From: Fibrobacteria bacterium
GTDB taxonomy: Bacteria > Fibrobacterota > Fibrobacteria > UBA11236 > JADFYW01
Assembly: GCA_050294405.1 (NCBI GenBank)
Contig: JBNKOC010000012.1
Span: 1-64,000 of the forward strand
Length of the DNA: 64,000 nucleotides
Direction: 5' to 3'
A program made the position numbers and the translations under genes. Each line of letters starts with the position of its first letter. Position 1 is the first letter of the stretch. Positions 10,425 to 19,282 of the stretch are shown here, piece by piece. The notes under the pieces are model-generated. The model searched no databases. It saw only the letters and a program-made list of their open reading frames with translations, and was not told the origin of the DNA.

Positions 10425-11542
10425 ATCCGCAAGCTAAGGTTTCGAGAGAGAACAGGCAAGTTTTGCTGCCCATATTAACCAATTTGAGCACCGATTACAG
10501 ATGTTATAAAATGGCTAAATCCCTGGAAAACCTGGGTTATGAACCTGTTATTTTATGCGAAAAGCCTTTTACTCCTCTCGGAGAAATATGGAATGGCCTG
10601 CATGTAAAAATTATATGCCCCATATCACATATGGAAAGCTTAAAGTTAGCCTACCTGATTTTTAGTTTTAAATTAATGATGTATTTAGCGACTACCAAAT
10701 CTAAAATCTGGATTGTGGAAGATTATCCCCCCTTATTTATAACCGCTTTGTTGGGAAAATTGAAAAGAGCCAATGTTATTTATGATTCCCATGAATTGGC
10801 CCTGGAAACATCCGTAGCCAAAAAAAACTTTCTTGAAAAAAACTTTTGGAAATTTACCGTAAATATGGGTTTAAAATGGGTTCAAAAAATAATTGTAGTG
10901 AGCCCTTTGTTTGAAGAGTACTATCAAAAATTCTTGAATGCAAAAAAATACGCTCTTATACCTAATTATCCCTATAAACATAATTTGCAGAATCAAAAAA
11001 ATAATCTGGATGATAACCCTCTTCATTTTTTGTTTATCGGGCATTTACGGCAAAAAATAAATTTGGATGTATTGCTTGAAGCCGTACAAACATTGCCTTT
11101 TCAATTTACTATTATTGGAAATGGTGTTTCTCGAAAAAAACTGGAATCTCTGGCAAAGGATTTGGGAGTGAGTGATAAAGTTTATTTTACCAAAACCATA
11201 GCCTTTGATAAACTTTTAGAATACGGCGACAAATGCAACATAGGAGTATTTCTGGAAAAATCTGAAGAAGGGAATACGGATTTAACCTGGAGCAATAAAG
11301 TTTTTGATTATATCCAAAGAGGTCTTCCTGTGTTAATGAGCGACACTACTGCCAACAAAATTCTTAACGAGAAATATGCCATAGGTGAAATTGTAAATCC
11401 CACAAGTTTAGAAGATGTAAAAAATACCGTGGAAAAAATTTCAAAAAATTACGCCCTTTATTACGAAAATTGTTTGAAAGCGCGGGAGCTTCTGATTTGG
11501 GAAAAAAATGAGCAGGTTCTTGCTGATTTTTTAAATAATTGA
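10421..11542 (+). CDS. Glycosyltransferase family 4 (GT-B)
   Basis: DYRCYKMAKSL, IYDSHE, SNKVFDYIQRGLPVL and the C-terminal WE motif. Confidence 0.85.
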   Translation: MNPQAKVSRENRQVLLPILTNLSTDYRCYKMAKSLENLGYEPVILCEKPFTPLGEIWNGLHVKIICPISHMESLKLAYLIFSFKLMMYLATTKSKIWIVEDYPPLFITALLGKLKRANVIYDSHELALETSVAKKNFLEKNFWKFTVNMGLKWVQKIIVVSPLFEEYYQKFLNAKKYALIPNYPYKHNLQNQKNNLDDNPLHFLFIGHLRQKINLDVLLEAVQTLPFQFTIIGNGVSRKKLESLAKDLGVSDKVYFTKTIAFDKLLEYGDKCNIGVFLEKSEEGNTDLTWSNKVFDYIQRGLPVLMSDTTANKILNEKYAIGEIVNPTSLEDVKNTVEKISKNYALYYENCLKARELLIWEKNEQVLADFLNN

Positions 11543-11548
11543 AACTTT

Positions 11549-12709
11549 ATGCAATCACAATTAAAGATTGATGGAACAAAGCAAGGTGCATTTTTTAAAG
11601 GTTCCTTTAAATACAAGTATTTGTTGTTTATTACTTGGGCCATCATGGCTTTTCATTACGGCTGGATTCCCTATGAAAGCGAAAAGTTTGCTGATTACGA
11701 TTTGCATAAATATTTATCCATGGCTAATAGCTGGCCAGCCATTAATTTGGAAACCAGCAAACCCTTTGCTTTTCGCATATTAGGCCCTTGGCTGGCGGGA
11801 AGTTTTAGTTTTAATCCTGTTTTGGGGTTTAAGGTTTTATCTGTGGTTTTTTCTCTGGCCACTATTTTACTGTTATTTGAATTTTTAAGGCTATACAAAG
11901 TACCCTCCATGTTTAGTTTATGGGCTTGCTTTTTATATCTGTCTAATGTTCATTTTTTTGGTTTTCATAATTGGAATTATTTTCAGTTGGCAGATAACAT
12001 ATCCAGCTTTTTTATTGTGTTAATCTGGATCTTTTTTTTTAAGAAAAAATACATTACCCTGGGGTTAACTTTATTTTTAAGCCTATTAGCCAAAGAAACC
12101 ACAATGGTATTTGTACCGGTGTTTATGTTGCACGGTTTTTTTCAAGGAAATAAAAAGAGGGAGCTTGGAAAAATTCTTTGGGCCCTTTTTCCAGCTTGCC
12201 TTTTGTTTATTGCCTTAAGGGTTGTTATTCCCACTCAGGGTGGAGCGGGCTTGTTAGAGGCCTTTTCGAAATACTGGATAAAAATTTTTATTCCCGAAAC
12301 CTGGTATAGGTTGGGCATAAATGCTCTTTTGCCTTTAAGTCTTCTACCCTTTATGTTTTATAAACAGGCCATTCAATTTTTTAAAAGCCAGCCCGAAAAT
12401 TTTTTCTTTTTAGGGTTGATTTGCCTGTCTTGTCTATTGGGAAGCAATAACGAACGCCTGTTGGCTCCTATTTTTCCTATTTGGTATTTGTTCTTAGCTC
12501 AATTCGGCCAAAAGCACTTAGTTAAAAAAGAATTAATGGGAATTGCCATTTTCTGCTTTCTTTCGAGTTTTCACCACAATGTATCCCTTTTTCCCTGGGA
12601 TGGGAAAATATTTACCATTGGCCTGAGTCTTTTTTGTTTGCTGGGAGTTAGCCTTATACTTGTTAACCCTTTAAAACGTTCTTTAAGGGTAGTAAAAGCT
12701 TCCGAATAA
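11549..12709 (+). CDS. Polytopic membrane protein, possible GT-C-fold glycosyltransferase
   Basis: About 10 TM segments; first loop with D..KY and PFAFRILGPWL; LLAKET motif typical of GT-C proteins; located in the glycan cluster. Confidence 0.55.
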   Translation: MQSQLKIDGTKQGAFFKGSFKYKYLLFITWAIMAFHYGWIPYESEKFADYDLHKYLSMANSWPAINLETSKPFAFRILGPWLAGSFSFNPVLGFKVLSVVFSLATILLLFEFLRLYKVPSMFSLWACFLYLSNVHFFGFHNWNYFQLADNISSFFIVLIWIFFFKKKYITLGLTLFLSLLAKETTMVFVPVFMLHGFFQGNKKRELGKILWALFPACLLFIALRVVIPTQGGAGLLEAFSKYWIKIFIPETWYRLGINALLPLSLLPFMFYKQAIQFFKSQPENFFFLGLICLSCLLGSNNERLLAPIFPIWYLFLAQFGQKHLVKKELMGIAIFCFLSSFHHNVSLFPWDGKIFTIGLSLFCLLGVSLILVNPLKRSLRVVKASE

Positions 12710-13613
12710 GGCTATTGTTTACATAATGCTGGTTGGGAAGTTCCTTGGCTCCAAACCCCAATTTAAAATCTGCAACTCCCTTTAAGCCTGGGCTGGGTCC
12801 CATATCATATACATCTATATTATTTTGAAGACAATGTTCAATTATGTGGTATTGGATAAACTGTCCCGGATAATATTTGTAATAATCGGGATTTGTGGAT
12901 GCGTGCCATGCGTGGGCTTTTTTATTGTGGTAAAAAATAACAGTTCCAGAAATTAATTTTCCATTTAAATAACATCCCCAAAAAGTGGTGTTTTTTTTAA
13001 GATCTGAATGGACGGCAATGGAATTAAACAGTTTTTTGTCCAAAATGAAATTTCGAGCTTGTTTCCATCGTTCGTAAGTCTTTTTATACAATGTATAATA
13101 AGCTTCCAGGTTTGAGCTTAGGTCTTCCTGTTTTATTGTAAGCTTCTTTTGAAGGGCTGCCTTGTAATTGTATTTATGCCCACTTTTCCAATTTTGCGTA
13201 ATATTATCTGCGGAAATACCATTCATTTGTAATATGTATGTGGGCAGAGAAAAAACCTCTCCTAAGCTCGCAGAATTTTGGCTATAAGGGTTTAAGGTTT
13301 CATTAATGGTATTGCCCCTAAAATGTTTTTGAAACTGGTTTAAAAAATCTTGGGAAAGTTGAGTTTCTGAAATGAATCCACCGTAATAGCCAAAGGGCCG
13401 ATATAATACTTTTCCAAGTTTCGAGTTTTTTTGTGCAATGGGCCAAACGGCTTTTTCTCCATCAAGCTCTAGCAACAGGGGTTTGGCTTCGATTTTTAAA
13501 TAAGAGCACGCTACATCCATCCAGGCGGGAGTTTGATAAATGGTGGCCGATTTGTCGAGATGACAATATTCCTGCCATAAATTTTTAGAAACTGGAGAAG
13601 CTTTAAAACTCAA
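12663..13613 (-). CDS. FemAB-like / double-GNAT acyl- or aminoacyltransferase
   Basis: ATIYQTPAW, PFGYYGG, YDMGPS...GVADFKLGFGA; FemAB-related GNAT pattern common in glycan loci. Confidence 0.8.
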   Translation of the reverse strand: MSFKASPVSKNLWQEYCHLDKSATIYQTPAWMDVACSYLKIEAKPLLLELDGEKAVWPIAQKNSKLGKVLYRPFGYYGGFISETQLSQDFLNQFQKHFRGNTINETLNPYSQNSASLGEVFSLPTYILQMNGISADNITQNWKSGHKYNYKAALQKKLTIKQEDLSSNLEAYYTLYKKTYERWKQARNFILDKKLFNSIAVHSDLKKNTTFWGCYLNGKLISGTVIFYHNKKAHAWHASTNPDYYKYYPGQFIQYHIIEHCLQNNIDVYDMGPSPGLKGVADFKLGFGAKELPNQHYVNNSLIRKLLLPLKNVLKG

Positions 13614-13781
13614 TGTTACCCTTTAAGCCAAAAAGTTGTCTCGCTAAATTACAAAAATTAGCGGCTATTGTTTTCTTTTCCTTTTAGCGCAAGGAATTAA
13701 AATTGGAATTGGCTTTTTTAAACTATCTTCCAATTCAAATTTATAGATTGATTTATAACTTTTTAAGGTTGAATACGAAAA

Positions 13782-14921
13782 ATGAATCAGGCTAGTCTGC
13801 ATCTATTAAACTCCTACCTTCCACTTTCCGAAACCTTTATTTATAACACCCTTTCGGGGCTCGAAAAATTCAAGCCCATTATTTTTACGGAATCTTTGCA
13901 AAATTTGGATGTGTTTCCACTTCCCAATCCAGAAATCAAGCCGCATTTTTTCAAAAGCAGTAAGTTGAAAAAGGCCTTTGCAAAATTAAAAGGGGAATAT
14001 GGTGAACAATTTTTTCCAACTTCCATTTCAAATATTTTGGCAAACCATAAATTGGTAGCCCATGCCCATTACGGTTACAGGGCTATAGTTTGTCTTAAGG
14101 AAGTACAAAAATATAATATTCCTCTTGTCACTCAATTTTATGGTTTTGATTTAAACCACCACAAATTTTTAGGGCGTGCAAAAAAACAATATAAAGCATT
14201 GTTTAATATCGGCGCCCGTTTTTTGGTGGAAGGTGAGAATATGGCCGAGAAGCTGGTAAGTTTAGGTTTTCCTCCTCATAAAATTGTAATACACCGAATT
14301 GGAATACGTTTGGAGAAATACCTATTCAGGCTGCCGAATTGGGATAAGCGAAATCCAATAAATTTTTTGTTTATTGGCAGGCTGGTTGAAAAAAAGGGGC
14401 TGTTGGTGTTATTGGAGGCCTTATTAAAAATTAAGCAGCAAATAAATTTTAAGCTAACTATAGTAGGAGGCGGCCCGCAAAAAGAAGAAGCGCAAAATTT
14501 TATAACATCAAATCAATTGGAAGAATATGTATCCTTTGCCGGTTTTATGACTCCTACAGAACTGCTAAAGTTAATGGGCAAACAAGACCTTATGATTCAA
14601 CCTTCTCAAATGGCAAAGGATGGCGATTGTGAAGGAGGAGCTCCCACAACATTGCTGGAAGCCCAGGCTATTGGTTTGCCGGTTATTACCACATTCCATG
14701 ATGACATTCCCAATATTGTTGCAAAATGTTACCATCCCTATTTATCCAAACAAGCTGATGCTGCCGCTTTGTCCAATAACATTTTAAAAATAATAGAGGA
14801 TTCCAATCAGTGGGCAAGGTTTTCTAAAGAGGGGCGTGATTTTGTGGAAGAGCATCACGATATAAAAAAACTCAACAATAACCTGGAAAGGTTGTATACG
14901 GAGTTGCTACAAGAAAATTAG
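13782..14921 (+). CDS. Glycosyltransferase family 4 (WcaL/AmsK-like)
   Basis: YLPLSETFI, HAHYG, GRLVEKKG, DGDCEGGAPTTLLEAQAIGLPVITT. Confidence 0.9.
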   Translation: MNQASLHLLNSYLPLSETFIYNTLSGLEKFKPIIFTESLQNLDVFPLPNPEIKPHFFKSSKLKKAFAKLKGEYGEQFFPTSISNILANHKLVAHAHYGYRAIVCLKEVQKYNIPLVTQFYGFDLNHHKFLGRAKKQYKALFNIGARFLVEGENMAEKLVSLGFPPHKIVIHRIGIRLEKYLFRLPNWDKRNPINFLFIGRLVEKKGLLVLLEALLKIKQQINFKLTIVGGGPQKEEAQNFITSNQLEEYVSFAGFMTPTELLKLMGKQDLMIQPSQMAKDGDCEGGAPTTLLEAQAIGLPVITTFHDDIPNIVAKCYHPYLSKQADAAALSNNILKIIEDSNQWARFSKEGRDFVEEHHDIKKLNNNLERLYTELLQEN

Positions 14922-17149
14922 CGGGCAATAATAAGCTTGCCTTTTTTTATTTTTCCATCTGCCACAATGGAATAATAATATACTCCAGCCTTTACCCTAT
15001 TTCCGCTTCTGTTGGCGCCATTCCATTTAAACTGGCCTCCTTCAATTTCTCCATCCCGGGTTTGGAAAACAATATCCCCGCCCTGGTTGAATATTTTAAT
15101 ACTTGAATTGTTGTTGAGTTCTGAAAAAATGGCGAATTCATGTTTTGCTAAAAACGGATTTGGGAAAACTTGGGCGTCGTTGTTGTTGGAAAGGGGAGGG
15201 GCACCTTCTGCCTCAAATTTATTAAGCCCTTTTTCCGTCACAATCCATACATGGCCGTTGGAAGGATCTATATCTATATGAAACACATCTTCAGAAAGCA
15301 GCCCGTTTAAATTTTTGTGGAAAATAATTTCCGTTTCCGAATTTTCTAATTCTGGTTTTATTTGCAAAAGTCCATTGCGGCAGGCCGCCCAGAGGTTGCC
15401 CGCAGGGTCTTTCTTAAGATAGTTGCATTCCAGAGCTTCCATGTTTTCCACCAACACCAGGGAGTCATCGTCACTATCAATAAAGTTTTCGCCAAAATAA
15501 ATGCCGGCATTGGCTACAGCCCAGACCCTTCCAAAATTATCCATATTTGCCGCCCGTATTTCCGGACTTCCCGATGCCTCTATGTAGGCGTTTTTAACGG
15601 GACTAATGCCACTTGAGGATCTGGGGTTAATAATTTCAAATAACTCCAGGCTTTTGTTGGTGCTCACTAACAAAAAATTTTCGGCCACAACCTTAATGTC
15701 CTGGGCAAAGGCGGCCAGTTCATCTGTGAGGATTGATTTTGGGTAACAACTCACCGAAAAATTATCGTAGTCCAAATAACCGATGTTTAAGGGAATAGTG
15801 GTTGTATATTGGGTGAAAAAGGCCCCTTTATCACCATAGGAGCTCATGGAACGCACCACCGCAAAATTAGGATCGGCGGGAATGCCCTCCATGCAGGAGT
15901 TAGCCGAATTAACATAGCTGGATATTCCGTTTTCAATTTTTTGTATGCCATAGCCCCAATTGCCAATCAAGTGGACGTCTTCTTTAATTTGGAAATAAAC
16001 ATTTAGTCTTTTGGCGATTGGCTCGATAATATGGGGGTAGTCCAGTCTTGGAGAGGAAACCCATTTTCTGCCTTGCAGGTTCAAAATATTTGTCCAACCT
16101 AATATGGAGCTGAAATAATCCAGATTCCAAATAGATACATTACCATTTAAGGCGCTTACGTTAATTATTTGCCCCTTTGGCAGGCTTTGCGCATTGGATA
16201 TTTTTTTAAACTTTCCCGAGCTCAGAACATAAGCCCCGGTGGTATCGCCCAAATACAATGTGCCATTTGCTTCGGCTATGGAGCTTGCGGAAAGGTTGGA
16301 GGCGTAACTTGTTCCCTTATATACCAAAGGTTGTCCCTTTTCCACAAACAATAGAGGGCTGCTGCTCAATAATTTTCCTGGACCGCTTGCCAATATGTTA
16401 TTGCCATTTTTCCATATGGCCCCTACTTCCGATTCGCTGGTTAATCCCAAAGTAGAATCTGCTTTTACTCCCTTCCATATGTTAGGATTTAACAGCCGTC
16501 CATATTTTTCCGAAAAATTTTCCGGAGGGCTTTTGGGGTTGTCCCAATATATATCGGCTTGAAATATGCCCGCGCTGGTTCCAATGGTAATTTCCTGTCC
16601 GTCTATATGTATGGCTGTAACAGAGGGGTTTTTTGCGTTTCCGAAATCGTAAAGGGTTTCGTAAAAAGTTCCTCGTTCAAAATCCCCCACATCCTCCAAC
16701 AGAAAAAAAGACAGGCCTTTGGTAGAACCCATTATTAAAAAAGAACCCGCAGTGGCCAAGGCCCTTTCGTTTACTCTGCCTGCATAGTTTGAAAAATTGC
16801 GATTGTAATAAGGAGTGTTTTTGGAACCAGCAGCGCTGAGTTCATAAATAATGCCGGAATTGGAAACAGCCCATAAATTGCCCTTGCTATCTGTGGTGAA
16901 ACCCACAACATCCACATCTAAAATTCCGTCTTGGGGATTGTTTAAAACGGTTTCACTCCCATTGGAATTTAAAATGCGAATTCCGCCACTGGTGGCCATG
17001 TACACATTTCCCGAATAGCTAATTAAATCTTTCACCCGATTTAAATAGGTGTAGCTGGACCAATCTCCAACCAGGGCGTAATTGTTTCCAATTAAAAAAA
17101 GCAGTATTCCAATAAATATGAAGCGCATGTTAAAAAGTTTTGTTTTCAT
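14918..17149 (-). CDS. PorZ-like beta-propeller protein with C-terminal T9SS CTD
   Basis: Signal peptide, GDWSSYT N-terminus, two-component-regulator-type propeller repeats (DNFGRVW, DPAGNLW, NGLLSEDV..IDIDPSNGHVWIVTEKGL), then VFPNP...WNG.NRSGNRVKAGVYYY...GKLIIAR; about 740 aa like PorZ. Confidence 0.7.
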   Translation of the reverse strand: MKTKLFNMRFIFIGILLFLIGNNYALVGDWSSYTYLNRVKDLISYSGNVYMATSGGIRILNSNGSETVLNNPQDGILDVDVVGFTTDSKGNLWAVSNSGIIYELSAAGSKNTPYYNRNFSNYAGRVNERALATAGSFLIMGSTKGLSFFLLEDVGDFERGTFYETLYDFGNAKNPSVTAIHIDGQEITIGTSAGIFQADIYWDNPKSPPENFSEKYGRLLNPNIWKGVKADSTLGLTSESEVGAIWKNGNNILASGPGKLLSSSPLLFVEKGQPLVYKGTSYASNLSASSIAEANGTLYLGDTTGAYVLSSGKFKKISNAQSLPKGQIINVSALNGNVSIWNLDYFSSILGWTNILNLQGRKWVSSPRLDYPHIIEPIAKRLNVYFQIKEDVHLIGNWGYGIQKIENGISSYVNSANSCMEGIPADPNFAVVRSMSSYGDKGAFFTQYTTTIPLNIGYLDYDNFSVSCYPKSILTDELAAFAQDIKVVAENFLLVSTNKSLELFEIINPRSSSGISPVKNAYIEASGSPEIRAANMDNFGRVWAVANAGIYFGENFIDSDDDSLVLVENMEALECNYLKKDPAGNLWAACRNGLLQIKPELENSETEIIFHKNLNGLLSEDVFHIDIDPSNGHVWIVTEKGLNKFEAEGAPPLSNNNDAQVFPNPFLAKHEFAIFSELNNNSSIKIFNQGGDIVFQTRDGEIEGGQFKWNGANRSGNRVKAGVYYYSIVADGKIKKGKLIIAR

Positions 17150-17210
17150 TTATAAGGTCAATTTTTCAGGGATTTAAAGAATTTCCAAAAAATGGCGGAC
17201 TCTTTCCAGC

Positions 17211-18182
17211 TTAAGGGAGGTTTTTAGAAAGCTTATGCCGCAATTGTTCATAAAAGGAAGATAGAAATTGGGGCGGAATTTCCAGTTTCTGAAGCATTAC
17301 CAGGTAATTTGAAAACTTTGGAGCCTTGGGCCATTTAACCCATTCTTTTTCAGTAATTAAAAATGGAGCGTCGGGATAAAGTTCTCTTTGTTTTTCCAAC
17401 AGCTCCAGTGGGATTTTTTGGTGATTTTTTAAAAACACAAGGCTCAAAAAATGTATGCCTAACGCATTTAGCTCTGAAAAAAATTTTTGGGGATCTCCCT
17501 GAGAAAATACCCCTATAAAAGGCCCGCTCTCCACAACTTTTTGGAGATTTACCAGGCTTCGAAAAATTTGCCCGGGGTTTTTATCTGCCTGTTGAGATAA
17601 ATTGGGTTCGGCGAATATACTGTGAGCTCTTTTTTGGGCATTGGCTTTTTCCCGGTAATTTCCCCTGGGAAGCAAGTCCCAAAAGCCAGGAGATTTAAAA
17701 GCCTCTTGCAAAAGCAAAAATTGAGCTCCTTTTAAAGAACAATCCTGGAATCCATCATCGGATAATATGACGGAATATTTTTGCATTTGGTCCAGAGCCT
17801 GCCAGGCTTTTTTTCTGTTAGCGCACACATACACATCGCAATTGGTTTTTAATTTAAGGAGGACTGCTTCATCGGAATATTTTTCCACATTGTTTTCCTG
17901 AACCTCGGATAAATTTTGGTCCTGCCATTTTTTGTTGAGCCACTTACATAAAATGACCGGTTTTAGATTTTTACTTTTTAGAAATTGAGCCAATTCCATG
18001 GTTAAACTGGTTTTTCCCGAGCCCCCTGCTTTTAGGGCTCCCACCACCACTAGGGGCGTTTTTGGAGGAGTAAAGTTTTTGGAAAATAAGATTCGGCGTT
18101 TTTGGTCCAGGGATGAGGCCAAATTGTAAACGCAAATTGCAGGAAACCAGAGAATTTTACTTAGAAATTGATTTTTTGCCAT
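17211..18182 (-). CDS. lpxK: Tetraacyldisaccharide 4'-kinase (divergent)
   Basis: VVVGALKAGGSGKT, SDEAVLL, LSDDGFQ, LLPRGNYRE and LITEKEWVK motifs. Confidence 0.85.
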   Translation of the reverse strand: MAKNQFLSKILWFPAICVYNLASSLDQKRRILFSKNFTPPKTPLVVVGALKAGGSGKTSLTMELAQFLKSKNLKPVILCKWLNKKWQDQNLSEVQENNVEKYSDEAVLLKLKTNCDVYVCANRKKAWQALDQMQKYSVILSDDGFQDCSLKGAQFLLLQEAFKSPGFWDLLPRGNYREKANAQKRAHSIFAEPNLSQQADKNPGQIFRSLVNLQKVVESGPFIGVFSQGDPQKFFSELNALGIHFLSLVFLKNHQKIPLELLEKQRELYPDAPFLITEKEWVKWPKAPKFSNYLVMLQKLEIPPQFLSSFYEQLRHKLSKNLP

Positions 18183-18239
18183 GCTTATGGGATAATAATA
18201 ATCGTTTCAATGAATTAATAGTCAGCAAAAAAGGTAACC

Positions 18240-19226
18240 ATGGGTTTAAGCATCCAGTTAGCCAAAAAAAAGTTGAATACTCTTCTGGAAGACGAAACTC
18301 TGGTGGAAAAGTATATCCGTCAATTTGGTACGGAAATAAACATCAAATACATCAAGCAGATAAAAACGGCTGCCCCCAAACAATCTGGAAAGGCCAGGGT
18401 GGAAAAAGGAGAAGATCCCGTATTTAAAATAAAAGTGCGTTGTCCTATTTGCCACCAGCCGAATATTGAATGCGCCGAACTAAAAGCCAAATCCCAATCG
18501 GTTACCTTTGATCCTTTTATGACCCCCATTTTTCAGGGCAGTTCGGGTTTTAGAACCGTGGATTACAGCCGGGTGGCAGTTGCAGTTTGTCCTCGTTGCT
18601 TTTTTGCTTCGCCGGATAAAAAGGACTTTATCACCTATTCCTTAACCAGCCGCATGGAAGTGCGTCCTCAGCTCAACGCACTTGTGATTAACAGGTTGAA
18701 GGAAACTATTCCCCAACGCAAAGACCAAATGCGCCATGTTGAAGAGCCTAATGGTTATTTTTCCATACCCCGTGAGACTGAGGCCTCCTTGGCTAGTTAC
18801 CAGCTTGCGGTGTTGCGCGCTAAAATTGAAGCGGATATGGATGTTCCTCACTCCTTGTATAAAGCAGGGGCCTATTGCCTGAAAAAGGCTTTGATTTGCA
18901 GACAGGATGGACTGGATGACGATGAAGATTTAAAGGAAGCCCTTAAATACTTAACTCAATGCTTCAGGGAATCTAATATTCCCAGTCAGGATTTGGAAAA
19001 CCAGGTGATTTATGTGATTGTCGCCTTATTTTTGCGTTTGGGAGACGAAAAACAGGCTTATGATTATATCCAGGTTTTAGACAAATTATTGGCGGAACTT
19101 CGGGAAAAACAAAAAACGGTTCCCACCGTGAAAACCGGCTCAGCAGAAAATTGGCTGGCTAAGGCGAAATTTCTCTGGGAGGATAGGGAAAATCCTGACC
19201 TGTGGAAGCTCAAAAATGCAGAATAG
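18240..19226 (+). CDS. DUF2225-like zinc-ribbon/TPR-like protein
   Basis: CPIC...VAVCPRCFFAS followed by helical repeats, resembling the DUF2225 family. Confidence 0.6.
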   Translation: MGLSIQLAKKKLNTLLEDETLVEKYIRQFGTEINIKYIKQIKTAAPKQSGKARVEKGEDPVFKIKVRCPICHQPNIECAELKAKSQSVTFDPFMTPIFQGSSGFRTVDYSRVAVAVCPRCFFASPDKKDFITYSLTSRMEVRPQLNALVINRLKETIPQRKDQMRHVEEPNGYFSIPRETEASLASYQLAVLRAKIEADMDVPHSLYKAGAYCLKKALICRQDGLDDDEDLKEALKYLTQCFRESNIPSQDLENQVIYVIVALFLRLGDEKQAYDYIQVLDKLLAELREKQKTVPTVKTGSAENWLAKAKFLWEDRENPDLWKLKNAE

Positions 19227-19282
19227 CTCTTCCATGCAATTCTTTTGAGCTTTTTTAGATAAAAATTCGATAAAATGTATAG

